Source: Candidatus Buchananbacteria bacterium
GTDB lineage: Bacteria; Patescibacteriota; Patescibacteriia; 2-01-FULL-39-33; JBAYJR01
Reading direction: 5' to 3'
Assembly: GCA_041665005.1 (NCBI GenBank)
Contig: JBAYJR010000009.1
Coordinates: 203 to 64,202 of the forward strand
DNA length: 64,000 nucleotides
This document shows positions 19,395 through 28,961 of this stretch, piece by piece. The notes below the pieces were generated by a model that saw only the letters and a list, made by a program, of their open reading frames with translations, made no database searches and was not told where the DNA came from. The position numbers and the translations under genes are program-made. Each line of letters starts with the position of its first letter. Within the stretch, counting starts at the first letter, position 1.

Positions 19395-20095
19395 TAAATT
19401 TTAAACTAGAAAAATTTGAGGGCCCGCTAGATTTACTTTTGCAATTAATCGAGTCGGAGCAATTAGACATTACGCAAGTTTCGCTAAGTAGGGTAGCGGA
19501 ACAGTATTTAGAATATATTAAAACTAGCACCGCACTGAACCCGGAAGAATTGGCAGACTTTTTAGTCGTGGCTGCTAAGTTGCTAATTATCAAATCTAAA
19601 ATTTTGTTGCCAGATTTGGGTTTAAGTGGCGGTGAGGAAGCGGATACTTTAGAGCGTCAGCTGAAAATTTATAAAGAATTTTTAGAGGCCTCAAAACTAG
19701 TTCATCAAATTTTATTAAAGAAATGCTGGTCTTTTAGTCGGGAAAAAATTTCTTTATTAAATACGCCGACATTTTATCCACCGCCAGGAGTAGACCAAAA
19801 AACTCTAAACCAAATTTTTTTAAAAGTTTTGGGTAAAATTCAGCCAATTATCGCGTTGCCAAAAAAATTAATTGCTAGAACAATTTCTTTACAAGAAAGA
19901 ATTAAAAGCATAAAGGATAGAATCTTGCAGGAAATGGTAATTAAATTTAATAGTTTAATGGGCGATAAAAATTCTAAAGTAGAAAAAATTGTTAATTTTT
20001 TAGCAGTTTTAGAACTAATTAAACAACGGGAAGTTTCGGCCGAGCAAGGTGATATTTTTGAAGATATAATTATTAAGCGTTTACAAAATAATTAA
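19391..20095 (+). CDS. scpA: Segregation and condensation protein A
   Basis: MINFKLEKFEGPLDLLLQLIESEQLDITQVSLSRVAEQYLEYI… ScpA N-terminal signature. Confidence 0.85.
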   Translation: MINFKLEKFEGPLDLLLQLIESEQLDITQVSLSRVAEQYLEYIKTSTALNPEELADFLVVAAKLLIIKSKILLPDLGLSGGEEADTLERQLKIYKEFLEASKLVHQILLKKCWSFSREKISLLNTPTFYPPPGVDQKTLNQIFLKVLGKIQPIIALPKKLIARTISLQERIKSIKDRILQEMVIKFNSLMGDKNSKVEKIVNFLAVLELIKQREVSAEQGDIFEDIIIKRLQNN

Positions 20096-20100
20096 GTTTT

Positions 20101-20661
20101 ATGTCGCTAGTCAATCAATTGGAAAGTTTGCTGTTCATTACTAATCGGCCAATGTCGGCCAAGCATTTAGCTGAATTAACTAATCAGAAAAAAGAAGTGG
20201 TTATTTTAGCGTTGGCGGAATTAAAGATTAAGTATAGTGGTGAAAATAGCGGAGTTTGGTTGTCAGAAATTAATCAAGAGTATCAATTAATAACTAACTC
20301 CGAAAATACTCAATTAATTAGTGAATTTATTAAAGAAGAAACTACTGGCGAATTAACCCCAGCCCAGTTAGAGGCTTTAACAGTGGTTGCTTATCGGGGC
20401 CCAATTTCTAAAGCGGAGTTAGAAATTATTCGGGGGGTTAATTGTACTTTGATTTTACGAAATTTGATGATTCGCGGTTTGGTAGAAAACGTGACTGATA
20501 AAAAATTAGGCACGGTTTTGTATAATGTTACTTTTGATTTTTTAAAACATTTAGGCTTAGCGTCAATCAAAGAACTGCCAGACTATGAAAAGTTGAATAG
20601 CGACGACAATTTGAAAAAGTTGCTAGAAGGCATGCAACAACAAGCAGAAGTTGGAAATTAA
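20101..20661 (+). CDS. scpB: Segregation and condensation protein B
   Basis: …LESLLFITNRPMSAKHLAEL… two winged-helix ScpB repeats; follows scpA. Confidence 0.85.
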   Translation: MSLVNQLESLLFITNRPMSAKHLAELTNQKKEVVILALAELKIKYSGENSGVWLSEINQEYQLITNSENTQLISEFIKEETTGELTPAQLEALTVVAYRGPISKAELEIIRGVNCTLILRNLMIRGLVENVTDKKLGTVLYNVTFDFLKHLGLASIKELPDYEKLNSDDNLKKLLEGMQQQAEVGN

Positions 20662-20682
20662 TTTTTATTAAGGCTTAAAGTA

Positions 20683-21609
20683 ATGCTACGTTATTTTTTA
20701 ACTAATTTAATTTTATCCTCCATCGTTTTATTGCCAATCGGACCGGCTAACGAAAGTGCTCCTTCGGTTTTAAGGCTTAATCAACTACCTTTGTCGGCTC
20801 CGGCTTCAGTGGCGGTAGTACCAAAAAAAATTAAACCAGAAAATTTGGGAGTTAAATTGGCCTCGGCAAGTGCAGTAGTACTAGATCAGGGTAGTGGTCA
20901 ATTTTTATACCAAAAAAATTCTAATGAGCTTTTGCCATTAGCAAGTATTACTAAATTAATGACGGCAATGGTTTGGCTAGAGCAAAAAATAGATCCTAAT
21001 CAAGAATTAGAAATTTTAGCAACTGATGCTCGGGAGGGAGGAGTTGCTTATTTAGTCCCCGGCGAAAAGATTTTATTAAAAGATTTATTAGCGGCTAGTT
21101 TAATTGCTTCGGCTAATGATGCAACGGCCAGTTTAGTGCGCAGTACTGGTTTAACCGAAGTAGAGTTTGTTGCTAAGATGAATAATAAAGCTAAAGAATT
21201 AGGTTTAAGTCAAACTTATTTTACTGAACCAATTGGTTTAAATGATAAAACTGTTTCCACTGCTAGGGAGGTTAGTATTTTGGCTTTAGCGGCGTTTGGT
21301 CGGGCAGAAATAAAAAACTTGGTTAGTCGAGCCGAATATGAATTTAAGCCCAGTGGCAAGACCGCTCGTTGGTTAAAAAATACTAATTTGTTGCTGGGCG
21401 GATTTGAGGGTTGGCCTCAGGAACTAAGGGTAGTGGGTGGTAAAACCGGTCATTTATTAGAAGTTGGTTATAATGTGGTTTCGGCCATAGCTAATCAAAA
21501 AGGACAGCAGTTAATTATTGTAGTTTTAGGAGCCCAAACCGCGGAAGCTAGATTTCAAGAGAGTAAGGTTTTAGCTTATTGGACTTTTAATAATTATAAT
21601 TGGGATTAA
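20683..21609 (+). CDS. D-alanyl-D-alanine carboxypeptidase (peptidase S11 family, PBP5-like)
   Basis: Signal/TM N-terminus; SxxK active site …LPLASITKLMTA…; SxN …IASAND…; KTG …GGKTGH…. Confidence 0.8.
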   Translation: MLRYFLTNLILSSIVLLPIGPANESAPSVLRLNQLPLSAPASVAVVPKKIKPENLGVKLASASAVVLDQGSGQFLYQKNSNELLPLASITKLMTAMVWLEQKIDPNQELEILATDAREGGVAYLVPGEKILLKDLLAASLIASANDATASLVRSTGLTEVEFVAKMNNKAKELGLSQTYFTEPIGLNDKTVSTAREVSILALAAFGRAEIKNLVSRAEYEFKPSGKTARWLKNTNLLLGGFEGWPQELRVVGGKTGHLLEVGYNVVSAIANQKGQQLIIVVLGAQTAEARFQESKVLAYWTFNNYNWD

Positions 21610-21680
21610 TGATTAATTAACAATCATTGACCATTAGACTAAAATAAACTATAATAGTGTGGTAAAAATAAACCTATTTT

Positions 21681-22436
21681 ATGAAAAAATATTTTGTCGC
21701 GGCTAACTGGAAAATGAATTTATCGCAGGTTCAAACTATTAATTTGGCTCAACAGTTGGTAGCCCAAGTTAATAATGATCAGGTAGAAGTAATACTGTGC
21801 CCAACTTTTACGGCTCTAGCAGCAGTTAGTGAAATTTTAAGCCAATCAAGCCTTAGTTTGGGCTCGCAGGATGTTTTTTGGGAACAGCGCGGAGCGTTTA
21901 CGGGTGAAATTTCAGCTGAGCAGTTAAAAGAATTAGGAGTAACTTATACGATTGTTGGTCATTCTGAAAGGAGACAACATTTAACGGAAACGGATTTAAT
22001 GGTTCATCAAAAAGTTAAAGCGTCATTGGCACAAAATTTAAAACCAATTATTTGTGTGGGCGAAACTTTTGAACAAAGACAGGATAGTCAGCAGGATTAT
22101 GTTATTATTAAACAAGTTACTGCGGCTTTAGCGGGTTTAGAAATTAAACCCGAAGATCAAATTATTGTTGCTTATGAGCCGGTTTGGGTAATTGGCACTG
22201 GTCAAGCGGTTTTGCCAGAGCAAGCTAATCATATTGCAAAAGTGATTAGGCAAACCTTAGTTGATCTGTTTCCATTAGTGCAGGTGAAAAACAATTTTCG
22301 GATTATTTATGGTGGGAGTGTTGATCAAAATAATGCCGTTGGTTTTTTGGCCGAAGAGGTAATTACTGGTTTTTTGGTGGGTGGCGCTAGTTTGTCTGCT
22401 GAAAAATTTTTACCTTTAATTAATCAGCTAGTTTAA
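21681..22436 (+). CDS. tpiA: Triosephosphate isomerase
   Basis: …VAANWKMN…, …IVGHSERR…, …VAYEPVWVIGTGQ…, …YGGSV…. Confidence 0.93.
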   Translation: MKKYFVAANWKMNLSQVQTINLAQQLVAQVNNDQVEVILCPTFTALAAVSEILSQSSLSLGSQDVFWEQRGAFTGEISAEQLKELGVTYTIVGHSERRQHLTETDLMVHQKVKASLAQNLKPIICVGETFEQRQDSQQDYVIIKQVTAALAGLEIKPEDQIIVAYEPVWVIGTGQAVLPEQANHIAKVIRQTLVDLFPLVQVKNNFRIIYGGSVDQNNAVGFLAEEVITGFLVGGASLSAEKFLPLINQLV

Positions 22437-22439
22437 AAT

Positions 22440-23318
22440 ATGTTGGTAAAATTGGCCAGAATTGTTAAGAGCGCACAAAAACACAATTATGCAGTGGCAG
22501 CTTTTAATGTGGCTGATATTGAAACAGTTAAAGGAGTAATTTTAGCGGCCGTCGCGCAAAAGTCTCCAGTGATTATTCAGGCTTCGGAAAGCACTATCAA
22601 TTATACGCAAGTGGAAACTATTGCAGATGTCGTTAAGGATTTGGCTAAAACTATTGGCAAAACAGTGCCGATTGCTTTGCATTTAGACCACGGCCACAGT
22701 TTGAATAATATTAAGGCGGTTTTACGCAATGGCTTTTCTTCGGTAATGCTAGACGCTTCGGCGGCTAATTATCAAAAAAATATTAATTTAACCAAAAAAG
22801 CCGTTCAGTTGGCGCATCATTGCGGTGCTTGGGCGCAAGGCGAATTAGGAACTCTGCAAGGCAGTGAAGATAAAATTACTACGGCGGTTATTAAATCGCA
22901 GATGACCGATCCAGCGTTAGTTAGGGAGTTTGTTGGCCAAACCGGGGTTGATGTTCTGGCGGTTTCTATTGGCAATATCCATGGTTTAATTAAAATGACC
23001 AAGCTTAAAGCTAAATTAGATTTAAAACGGTTAAAAGAAATTAATCAGCAGTTGCCGGGCGTGCCTTTAGTGCTACACGGGGCCTCCGGTTTACCGGCCG
23101 GTCAATTAATTAAAGCGTTCAAATTGGGGGTTAAAATTATTAATATTGATACGGAAATTCGTCTGGCTTTTACTAAAGCCTTGGATCAAAGTCGCAAGAC
23201 TCAGGCTCAAGAATATGATTTACGTAAATATTTTGCCCCAGCTATTTTGGCTGTGCAAAAAGTTTGTGAAAATAAAATTAAACTATTAGGTAGCGCCAAT
23301 AAAGCTAAATTTATATGA
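22440..23318 (+). CDS. fba: Class II fructose-bisphosphate (or tagatose-bisphosphate) aldolase
   Basis: …VAAFNV…, …LHLDHGHS…, …SVMLDAS…, …LHGASG… metal-dependent aldolase motifs. Confidence 0.85.
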   Translation: MLVKLARIVKSAQKHNYAVAAFNVADIETVKGVILAAVAQKSPVIIQASESTINYTQVETIADVVKDLAKTIGKTVPIALHLDHGHSLNNIKAVLRNGFSSVMLDASAANYQKNINLTKKAVQLAHHCGAWAQGELGTLQGSEDKITTAVIKSQMTDPALVREFVGQTGVDVLAVSIGNIHGLIKMTKLKAKLDLKRLKEINQQLPGVPLVLHGASGLPAGQLIKAFKLGVKIINIDTEIRLAFTKALDQSRKTQAQEYDLRKYFAPAILAVQKVCENKIKLLGSANKAKFI

Positions 23319-24199
23319 TGTATAATATTATTCCGTTAGTGATTATTGTGGTTTGTTTGGCGGTTATTATTTATTTAGTGGTCAAAAAATTTCCGGCCCT
23401 GGCTTCAATTGATTTACAAAGTATTCCTGAAGAAAAAGCTAAACAGGTTAAGGATCGGATTATTCAGCAAAAGTTTGAAAAAAATTGGCAGCGCACGGCC
23501 GAATTTTTCGTTAAAATCGTTATTCCAATTTTAGGTCGGATTAAACTAATTTCGGCTGAAATTTCTCGGCAGGTCTTGGGTTGGGAAAAACGTTATCAAA
23601 AAAGACACGCGATTACCGTTAAGCATATTACTTCTAGTCATAATAAGATTAAAGATAATTTAAATTTGGTAAAAAAAGCTTTAGAGGAAAAAAACTATTT
23701 AGAAGCGGAAAAGTTGTTTATTGAAATTATAAAATTAGATCATAAAAATATTGAGGCTTACTATGGTTTAGGTGAACTTTATTTAGCACAAGAAGATTAT
23801 CGGCAAGCTAAAGAAACTTTTGAGTACTTAAAACAACTGCAGCCTAATAGTGTGAGTGTTTTAAAAAATTTAGGTTTGGTGGCGCAAAAAAGTGGAGACT
23901 TGTCGGCAGCTGAAAGTTGTTATTTAAAAGCGGTTAGTTTGGATAAAGATAATGTGGAATTGTATCTACTTTTAGCTGAAATTTATCAGGCGGTTGGTGA
24001 CAATATGATGGCATTGCAAAATATACTAGAAGCCAGCAAATTGGAAGTTGATAACGCCAAGATTGTTGACAAATTGATAGAAATCAGTATAATAGTGAAA
24101 GACCAAGCCGCTGCTAAGCAGTATTTAGAGAAGATGAGGTCAATTAATCCAGAAAATCAGAAGATTGTTGATTGGGAAGAACAAATTAGGGAGATGTAA
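23315..24199 (+). CDS. Membrane-anchored TPR-repeat protein
   Basis: N-terminal TM helix; repeated …A…YY.LGE.Y…G… TPR-like units. Confidence 0.65.
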   Translation: MMYNIIPLVIIVVCLAVIIYLVVKKFPALASIDLQSIPEEKAKQVKDRIIQQKFEKNWQRTAEFFVKIVIPILGRIKLISAEISRQVLGWEKRYQKRHAITVKHITSSHNKIKDNLNLVKKALEEKNYLEAEKLFIEIIKLDHKNIEAYYGLGELYLAQEDYRQAKETFEYLKQLQPNSVSVLKNLGLVAQKSGDLSAAESCYLKAVSLDKDNVELYLLLAEIYQAVGDNMMALQNILEASKLEVDNAKIVDKLIEISIIVKDQAAAKQYLEKMRSINPENQKIVDWEEQIREM

Positions 24200-24205
24200 A
24201 AATAG

Positions 24206-24278
24206 GCCGTTGTAGCTCAGTTGGTAGAGCAACTCCATGGTAAGGAGTAGGTCGTCGGTTCAAATCCGACCAACGGCT
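24206..24278 (+). tRNA. tRNA-Thr (anticodon GGT)
   Basis: Cloverleaf folded by hand: acceptor GCCGTTG/CAACGGC, D-arm GCTCAGTTGGTAGAGC, anticodon stem ACTCC/GGAGT with loop ATGGTAA, T-arm GTCGG-TTCAAAT-CCGAC; no encoded CCA. Confidence 0.85.
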
Positions 24279-24380
24279 CAGGATTGTTAGTCAGTGCTAG
24301 AGCAGATTGTTCCGTTCAAGCGGGACTAATGGCTTTGGGCTAGAAAAGCAGTTTTTTGTATTAAGCGGGTATAAATTCTA

Positions 24381-24464
24381 GGGTGGGTAACAAAGCGGTC
24401 AAATGTGGCAGACTGTAAATCTGCTGGCCTTGTGCCTTCGTTGGTTCGAATCCAGCCCCACCCA
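24381..24464 (+). tRNA. tRNA-Tyr (anticodon GTA), long variable arm
   Basis: Acceptor GGGTGGG/CCCACCC, anticodon stem GCAGA/TCTGC loop CTGTAAA, long variable arm, T-arm GTTGG-TTCGAAT-CCAGC (one G-U). Confidence 0.8.
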
Positions 24465-24511
24465 CGTTTAGCCAGAAGTAATTTTAAGGGCCAAAACTTG
24501 GTTAAGCAATA

Positions 24512-24584
24512 GCCGTCTTAGCTCAGTTGGTAGAGCAACGGTTTTGTAAACCGTAGGTCCTCGGTTCGAGCCCGAGAGACGGCT
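24512..24584 (+). tRNA. tRNA-Thr (anticodon TGT)
   Basis: Acceptor GCCGTCT/AGACGGC, anticodon stem ACGGT/ACCGT loop TTTGTAA, T-arm CTCGG-TTCGAGC-CCGAG. Confidence 0.85.
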
Positions 24585-24613
24585 CAAATTTTATTAAAAT
24601 TAAATTTATTATT

Positions 24614-24769
24614 ATGTCACAAGAAAATCTAATTAAGTTAGAATGCACGGTTTGTAAGAATGTAAATTATCATTCCAACAAAAATAAGAAGAAAATAAAA
24701 ACCAGGCTAGAGACTTCTAAATTTTGTAAAAACTGTAAAAAGCATACTCCGCACAAAGAAACCAAATAA
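24614..24769 (+). CDS. rpmG: 50S ribosomal protein L33 (zinc-ribbon type) - absent from the ORF track (51 aa)
   Basis: ATG 24614 … TAA 24767-24769 translates [51 protein letters not shown], matching C4-type L33 (…CTxCxxRNY.TTKNK… KFCxxCxKHT.HKE). Confidence 0.85.
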   Translation: MSQENLIKLECTVCKNVNYHSNKNKKKIKTRLETSKFCKNCKKHTPHKETK

Positions 24770-24810
24770 CCAAATTCGGCTTACGGCTCAGCCGTAGGCC
24801 GTTTAGCTAT

Positions 24811-24881
24811 GGGGGGTTCGTATAGTGGTAGTACAATGGTCTCCAAAACCATTAGCGTGGGTTCGATTCCTACACCCCCTG
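24811..24881 (+). tRNA. tRNA-Trp (anticodon CCA)
   Basis: Acceptor GGGGGGT/ACCCCCT, anticodon stem ATGGT/ACCAT loop CTCCAAA, T-arm GTGGG-TTCGATT-CCTAC; its last 12 nt are also the antisense coding end of the recombinase gene. Confidence 0.85.
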
Positions 24882-26339
24882 CATTTGTAAAATACTCAAT
24901 TTTTTAGGGCTATCAGCCAGTAGCTGATAGGGGTTTTTGTATTTAACCTCAGCCAAATTTTTGTTTTCTAACTTCAGGTTCCAAAGTAAAATTTTTATTA
25001 ACCAACCCTTTTGATAATCATTCCCGGTAAGAAATTCTTTTTTGGCTTTGTTAGCAGTTAAAAAGACTTCTTTTATGCGTTCCAAAGTGCTAACCCCCAC
25101 CTTGCCCGCCTCTTGGTCAAGGCTTTTTAGTTGTGCCTCAGTGGCAACCTGTTCGTTGTTTAAGGCCTGTAATTTTTGTTTATAGACCTCTTCGGGTATT
25201 AATTCGGCCAAGTAGCTATCTAACAACTTGTCTTGCTTCTGACGGACTAAATTAAGCTGAGAAACAATTACCACTTTGGATGATTCGAGATATTGTTGGT
25301 CACCTTGTGTTTTTTGTTTGGCTGCTTGGTAGGCGATATCGATTAATTCTTCATCAAAGCGTAAACGAGCAAAAACTTTAGCCACTAATTTATCGGCCTG
25401 CTCTGAGCGCAAATATTGTTTATGCTGCTCACAATGACCTTTGCCGTTAGTGCAGTAATAGTAAGTATGTCCTTTTTTGAGAGTAGCGGTGAGCAGGCAG
25501 CCGCAGATGTTGCAAGTCATTTTTCCTCTAAGAAGAAAAGGGTGTTTTTGTTTTTTACTTCTGTTGCCGGTCAATACCTCTTGGCAGGTATCGAAAACTT
25601 CTTTGGAAATTAAAGGTTGATAACTACCCCTATAATATTTGCCGTCTCGCTCCATAATGCCGGTATAAAAAGGGCTTTTAACAATGCGATAAATTATACT
25701 ACGATAAAGTCTTTTGCCGGAATGAGAACGCAAGCCCTGCTCATAAATCAGGTCAGAAATGTCTTTTAGGCTATAACTGCCAGTAGCAAATAACTCAAAA
25801 ATCTTTTTAATTAATGGTGCGCGGTCTCGGTCAATAATAACTGTGTGATTAGTCTTGTCATTTAAGTAGCCCAGCGGAGCCACGCCCGGCCACTGACCTT
25901 TTTCTAATTTAGCCCGATTACCCCTTTTGACGTTTGCGCTTAGGTCATCAATGTATTTTTTAGCCATGCCAAAATTCAAACTCATCATGAACTGGTCATC
26001 AGAGATGTTTTTAAAAGTTTTTTCGGGAGTAATTATTTCAGAAATCAAACCCCTGTCCATAAACCAAGATAATTTTCCGCCGTCAAAAGCATTGCGCGCC
26101 AAACGGTCTAATTTCCAAACCAACAAAGTGCAATTTTTATTTTTTTCAAGATACTCCAACATTTCTTCAAACACCGGCCGGCCAGGGGACTTAGCCGACA
26201 TACTTTCTTTATAAATTTTACCAACCACAATACCAATTTTGTTGGCCAAATTCATTAGCTCATTCAATTGTGAATTAATAGAGAGAACTTGTCTCTCTTC
26301 TGATTCTGATGATTTACGGCAATAGATTATATATTTCAT
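24870..26339 (-). CDS. Large serine recombinase (resolvase/invertase catalytic domain + recombinase domain + zinc ribbon + coiled coil)
   Basis: N-terminal …YCRKSSESEERQVLSINSQ… (catalytic Ser region), …TLLVWKLDRLARN…; Zn ribbon …CNICGC…YYYCTNGKGHC…; 489 aa; C-terminal 4 codons are antisense to the tRNA-Trp 3' end. Confidence 0.92.
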   Translation of the reverse strand: MKYIIYCRKSSESEERQVLSINSQLNELMNLANKIGIVVGKIYKESMSAKSPGRPVFEEMLEYLEKNKNCTLLVWKLDRLARNAFDGGKLSWFMDRGLISEIITPEKTFKNISDDQFMMSLNFGMAKKYIDDLSANVKRGNRAKLEKGQWPGVAPLGYLNDKTNHTVIIDRDRAPLIKKIFELFATGSYSLKDISDLIYEQGLRSHSGKRLYRSIIYRIVKSPFYTGIMERDGKYYRGSYQPLISKEVFDTCQEVLTGNRSKKQKHPFLLRGKMTCNICGCLLTATLKKGHTYYYCTNGKGHCEQHKQYLRSEQADKLVAKVFARLRFDEELIDIAYQAAKQKTQGDQQYLESSKVVIVSQLNLVRQKQDKLLDSYLAELIPEEVYKQKLQALNNEQVATEAQLKSLDQEAGKVGVSTLERIKEVFLTANKAKKEFLTGNDYQKGWLIKILLWNLKLENKNLAEVKYKNPYQLLADSPKKLSILQMQGV

Positions 26340-26366
26340 AAGTTTAAAGAGGTTATAATCAAAATT

Positions 26367-27251
26367 CTACACATATTTATTAATTAAAGCAAGAACTTCT
26401 TTTTCTAATTCAGGGAAATCAAACAAATTATAACGGCTGTAATTCATACTGATTAACCTCTCAATTGCGATATCATCTTTTTTATATTCTAAGGTTTCAG
26501 GAATCATTTTAGAAAAAACCATCTCTACGATTTCTTCAATATAGATATCCCTGGGTTTTATTAGACCATCGCTGACAAAATAACTTTTTTGACCTTTTTG
26601 GCGATAGGTATTAGCAAAATTTTTAGTCATATACTTCAACAGGTAACCAATTATTTTATTAAGGCCATTTTTATTTTTAATTACTTTTACCGTTTCTATC
26701 CAAAAATAACCCTTACCCCAAACATTATTTATCCGGTCATAAATTCTTTCCATGTAAGGCAAATTAAAGAAAAGGGCATGATAATGAATTTTACCACTTA
26801 TCGGCATTAATTCATGGACGACTAGATATCTTAAGAAAGTTTTTTTACTTTCGATTCTCGTCTTTTGGCCTTCCTTTCGATTAATTTCATAATTCAGAAT
26901 TTGGATAAATCTAGTAAAATCCGGATTGGCTTGTTTGAGAGTAGTAACTCCTTCGGAAAAGGTTAAGGTGAAATAAATTGGTGGGTAAGGATTGCCATAA
27001 TATTTGAACCAACGCCAAGAATTAGCGCAAATTAAGCGTCTTGCCGTTCTTCTGGCCCGTTGAGCAGATTTGGTTCTGCTTTCTTCCTCAGAAACTTTTT
27101 CCTTAGTTTCATTTTCTTCGTCATCTTCGTTATTACGTCTTTTTATTCTAACTCCTAACCACAAACTTCTGAGAAAACTATAAAATTCAAAAACACTTCC
27201 CGAAATCACGAGTTTGTGTTTTGTAGTGTAAAATGGCTGTAATTCGTACAT
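26367..27251 (-). CDS. Rolling-circle replication initiator (HUH endonuclease, superfamily I two-Tyr type, phiX174 gpA/plectrovirus CRI-like)
   Basis: All three RCR motifs in order: motif 1 …YFTLTFSEG…, motif 2 (HUH) …KIHYHALFFNL…, motif 3 …GYLLKYMTKN… (YxxKY). Confidence 0.8.
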   Translation of the reverse strand: MYELQPFYTTKHKLVISGSVFEFYSFLRSLWLGVRIKRRNNEDDEENETKEKVSEEESRTKSAQRARRTARRLICANSWRWFKYYGNPYPPIYFTLTFSEGVTTLKQANPDFTRFIQILNYEINRKEGQKTRIESKKTFLRYLVVHELMPISGKIHYHALFFNLPYMERIYDRINNVWGKGYFWIETVKVIKNKNGLNKIIGYLLKYMTKNFANTYRQKGQKSYFVSDGLIKPRDIYIEEIVEMVFSKMIPETLEYKKDDIAIERLISMNYSRYNLFDFPELEKEVLALINKYV

Positions 27252-27303
27252 ACAAGGAGAAATATGTCTGATTAAGTGATGTCTTAATCAAGTGTAACCA
27301 CGA

Positions 27304-27338
27304 AGAAATAAAAACATTTTTCAAATGTTTTTATTTCT
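27304..27338. repeat. 16-bp perfect AT-rich hairpin (AGAAATAAAAACATTT / AAATGTTTTTATTTCT, 3-nt loop) upstream of the Rep gene
   Basis: Seen directly in the sequence; position in the Rep/27578 divergent intergenic region is typical of a double-strand origin nick hairpin. Confidence 0.6.
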
Positions 27339-27577
27339 CTTCTTGGCTTAAACATAAATATAAATCAGCCAAAGAATCTAAATACTCATCAGCTTGCCCA
27401 GACGTCAAAATCACTCCGTTCCTTTGCCGGAAGTATTTAATAATCCTATCTTTAAGTTCTTGGCTGTATTGCATATGTAATTTCAACATAGCATACAGCG
27501 AAATAGGCAAAGACTTGCTAAAAACTAAAAAACGTGTAAGATAAGAGAAGAAATCAATTTTAACCCTCGGTAATTAT

Positions 27578-28516
27578 ATGTCCATGAATAACGAAAAAGA
27601 TATAATAAGCCCAACATTCTTTGAAGGCTTGTTGGCTTATAAAAAATCAGGCCATTCTTTGACTTATATAAACGGCTACTATTCCTGCGCTTTAAGACAA
27701 AAGGGAAAATGTAAAGACAATAGGGAACAGAGTTTTAAAGCTAAAGAATTGGATTTAAAGTTTGCCAATCTTTTAGATAAATGGCAGATAGATGAAAAAA
27801 CGATGGAGAATGAAATATTACCGGAGATTAGAAAAGTTTCTAATAAGGTAAAAGAAGAAGGACTTAAGGTTATTAGAAAGAAACAAGAAAATATGCAGAT
27901 AACAATTGATGCAATGAAGAAAGATATAAAGAATAAGAAAAAAATCAGTAGTCATGATCTTGCCTATATTAAAACTTTATTTATGGACATGATGCGCAGC
28001 TATTTTCCTTGTTGCCTAATGGCTCATGCTGGCGTTGGATTGATTAGTCTGCATGATAAAGATAAAAGTGGATTTACCACCATGTTTAAAAGAGTTTACA
28101 TATCTGATACAGGAAGGTTTGAATATATAGAACTCGAAGGGCTAGGTGAAGCGGTATTAAATTTTTTAGAAACAAAAATGCCGGGTTTTACAAAAAGACT
28201 CGGCATTCCAGTAAGAGGATTTGGTCTGAAGAATACAAATTTATCAGAAGCAATGATTTTTTTTAAAGACAATAATTTTCGCAATGGTTTAAGCTACTCT
28301 ATCTATAGGTCTAAACACTCCGAGGACAGATATTTTGAGTTAATATTTCGTCTTTCTAAAAACGGAAATCCAAAGCAAATAATACTTTTGTGCGAACAAT
28401 TATTGTATTTTCATTGGCAGCGCGCTGGCGCCTATTTTCGCAACTTCGTTTTAGTAACTGATAATAACTTTGACAGAATAAAGGTTGGTAAGAATAAAAA
28501 GATCAGTATTAAATAG
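27578..28516 (+). CDS. Hypothetical protein; N-terminal about 60 aa resemble the zinc-ribbon/coiled-coil end of a large serine recombinase
   Basis: …TYINGYYSCALRQKGKCKDNREQSFKAKELDLKFANLL… parallels …HTYYYCTNGKGHCEQHKQYLRSEQADKLVAKVFARL… of the adjacent recombinase; the rest has no motif I recognise. Confidence 0.5.
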   Translation: MSMNNEKDIISPTFFEGLLAYKKSGHSLTYINGYYSCALRQKGKCKDNREQSFKAKELDLKFANLLDKWQIDEKTMENEILPEIRKVSNKVKEEGLKVIRKKQENMQITIDAMKKDIKNKKKISSHDLAYIKTLFMDMMRSYFPCCLMAHAGVGLISLHDKDKSGFTTMFKRVYISDTGRFEYIELEGLGEAVLNFLETKMPGFTKRLGIPVRGFGLKNTNLSEAMIFFKDNNFRNGLSYSIYRSKHSEDRYFELIFRLSKNGNPKQIILLCEQLLYFHWQRAGAYFRNFVLVTDNNFDRIKVGKNKKISIK

Positions 28517-28634
28517 TTTATCTTTATTTTAATTAAGTATGCCCTCAGAAGTTAGAGAGACAGGCAGTTTCTTTAAGATGTTTACAATTTTCCAGGTTTT
28601 TGCTATACTATTTTACATAAAATAAGGCACTAAT

Positions 28635-28961
28635 ATGTATTTAATTAAACGAGCAAAAGATCAGTTAATTAAGCTACTTTTAGGGAATAAAGCAGTACCA
28701 AGGGGCCTCTTTGATTTGGGTCACTATTTCAGCATATATGGGCCTATTACATTTAAGGAAGATAATGTAAGTGGCAAGATTATAGCCATGAGTACTAATT
28801 TCAAATATGGCTCAATAGTTACTTCAGGAAAAGATAAAACAGAATTGGATAAGAACATTAAAGATGCTATATTGACTTCTTTTGAAGTTCCCTCCTCCTA
28901 TGCAAAAGAAGCAAGACTGCGAAAAGTAGCAGGGGAGCAGATGGAGTATGCCCTCGCTTAG
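28635..28961 (+). CDS. Hypothetical protein, possible HicB-like antitoxin partner
   Basis: 108 aa, overlaps the HicA-like ORF by 14 nt (translational coupling); antitoxin role is only positional inference. Confidence 0.35.
   Translation: MYLIKRAKDQLIKLLLGNKAVPRGLFDLGHYFSIYGPITFKEDNVSGKIIAMSTNFKYGSIVTSGKDKTELDKNIKDAILTSFEVPSSYAKEARLRKVAGEQMEYALA

Noticed and set aside
24279-24380. 102-nt spacer between tRNA-Thr(GGT) and tRNA-Tyr: checked for an additional tRNA (for example the Gly found in the E. coli thrU-tyrU-glyT-thrT cluster) or small RNA
   Set aside because: I could not fold an acceptor or anticodon cloverleaf. It contains only a weak TATAAA box 5 nt before the tRNA-Tyr 5' end, so it is probably just a spacer or promoter.
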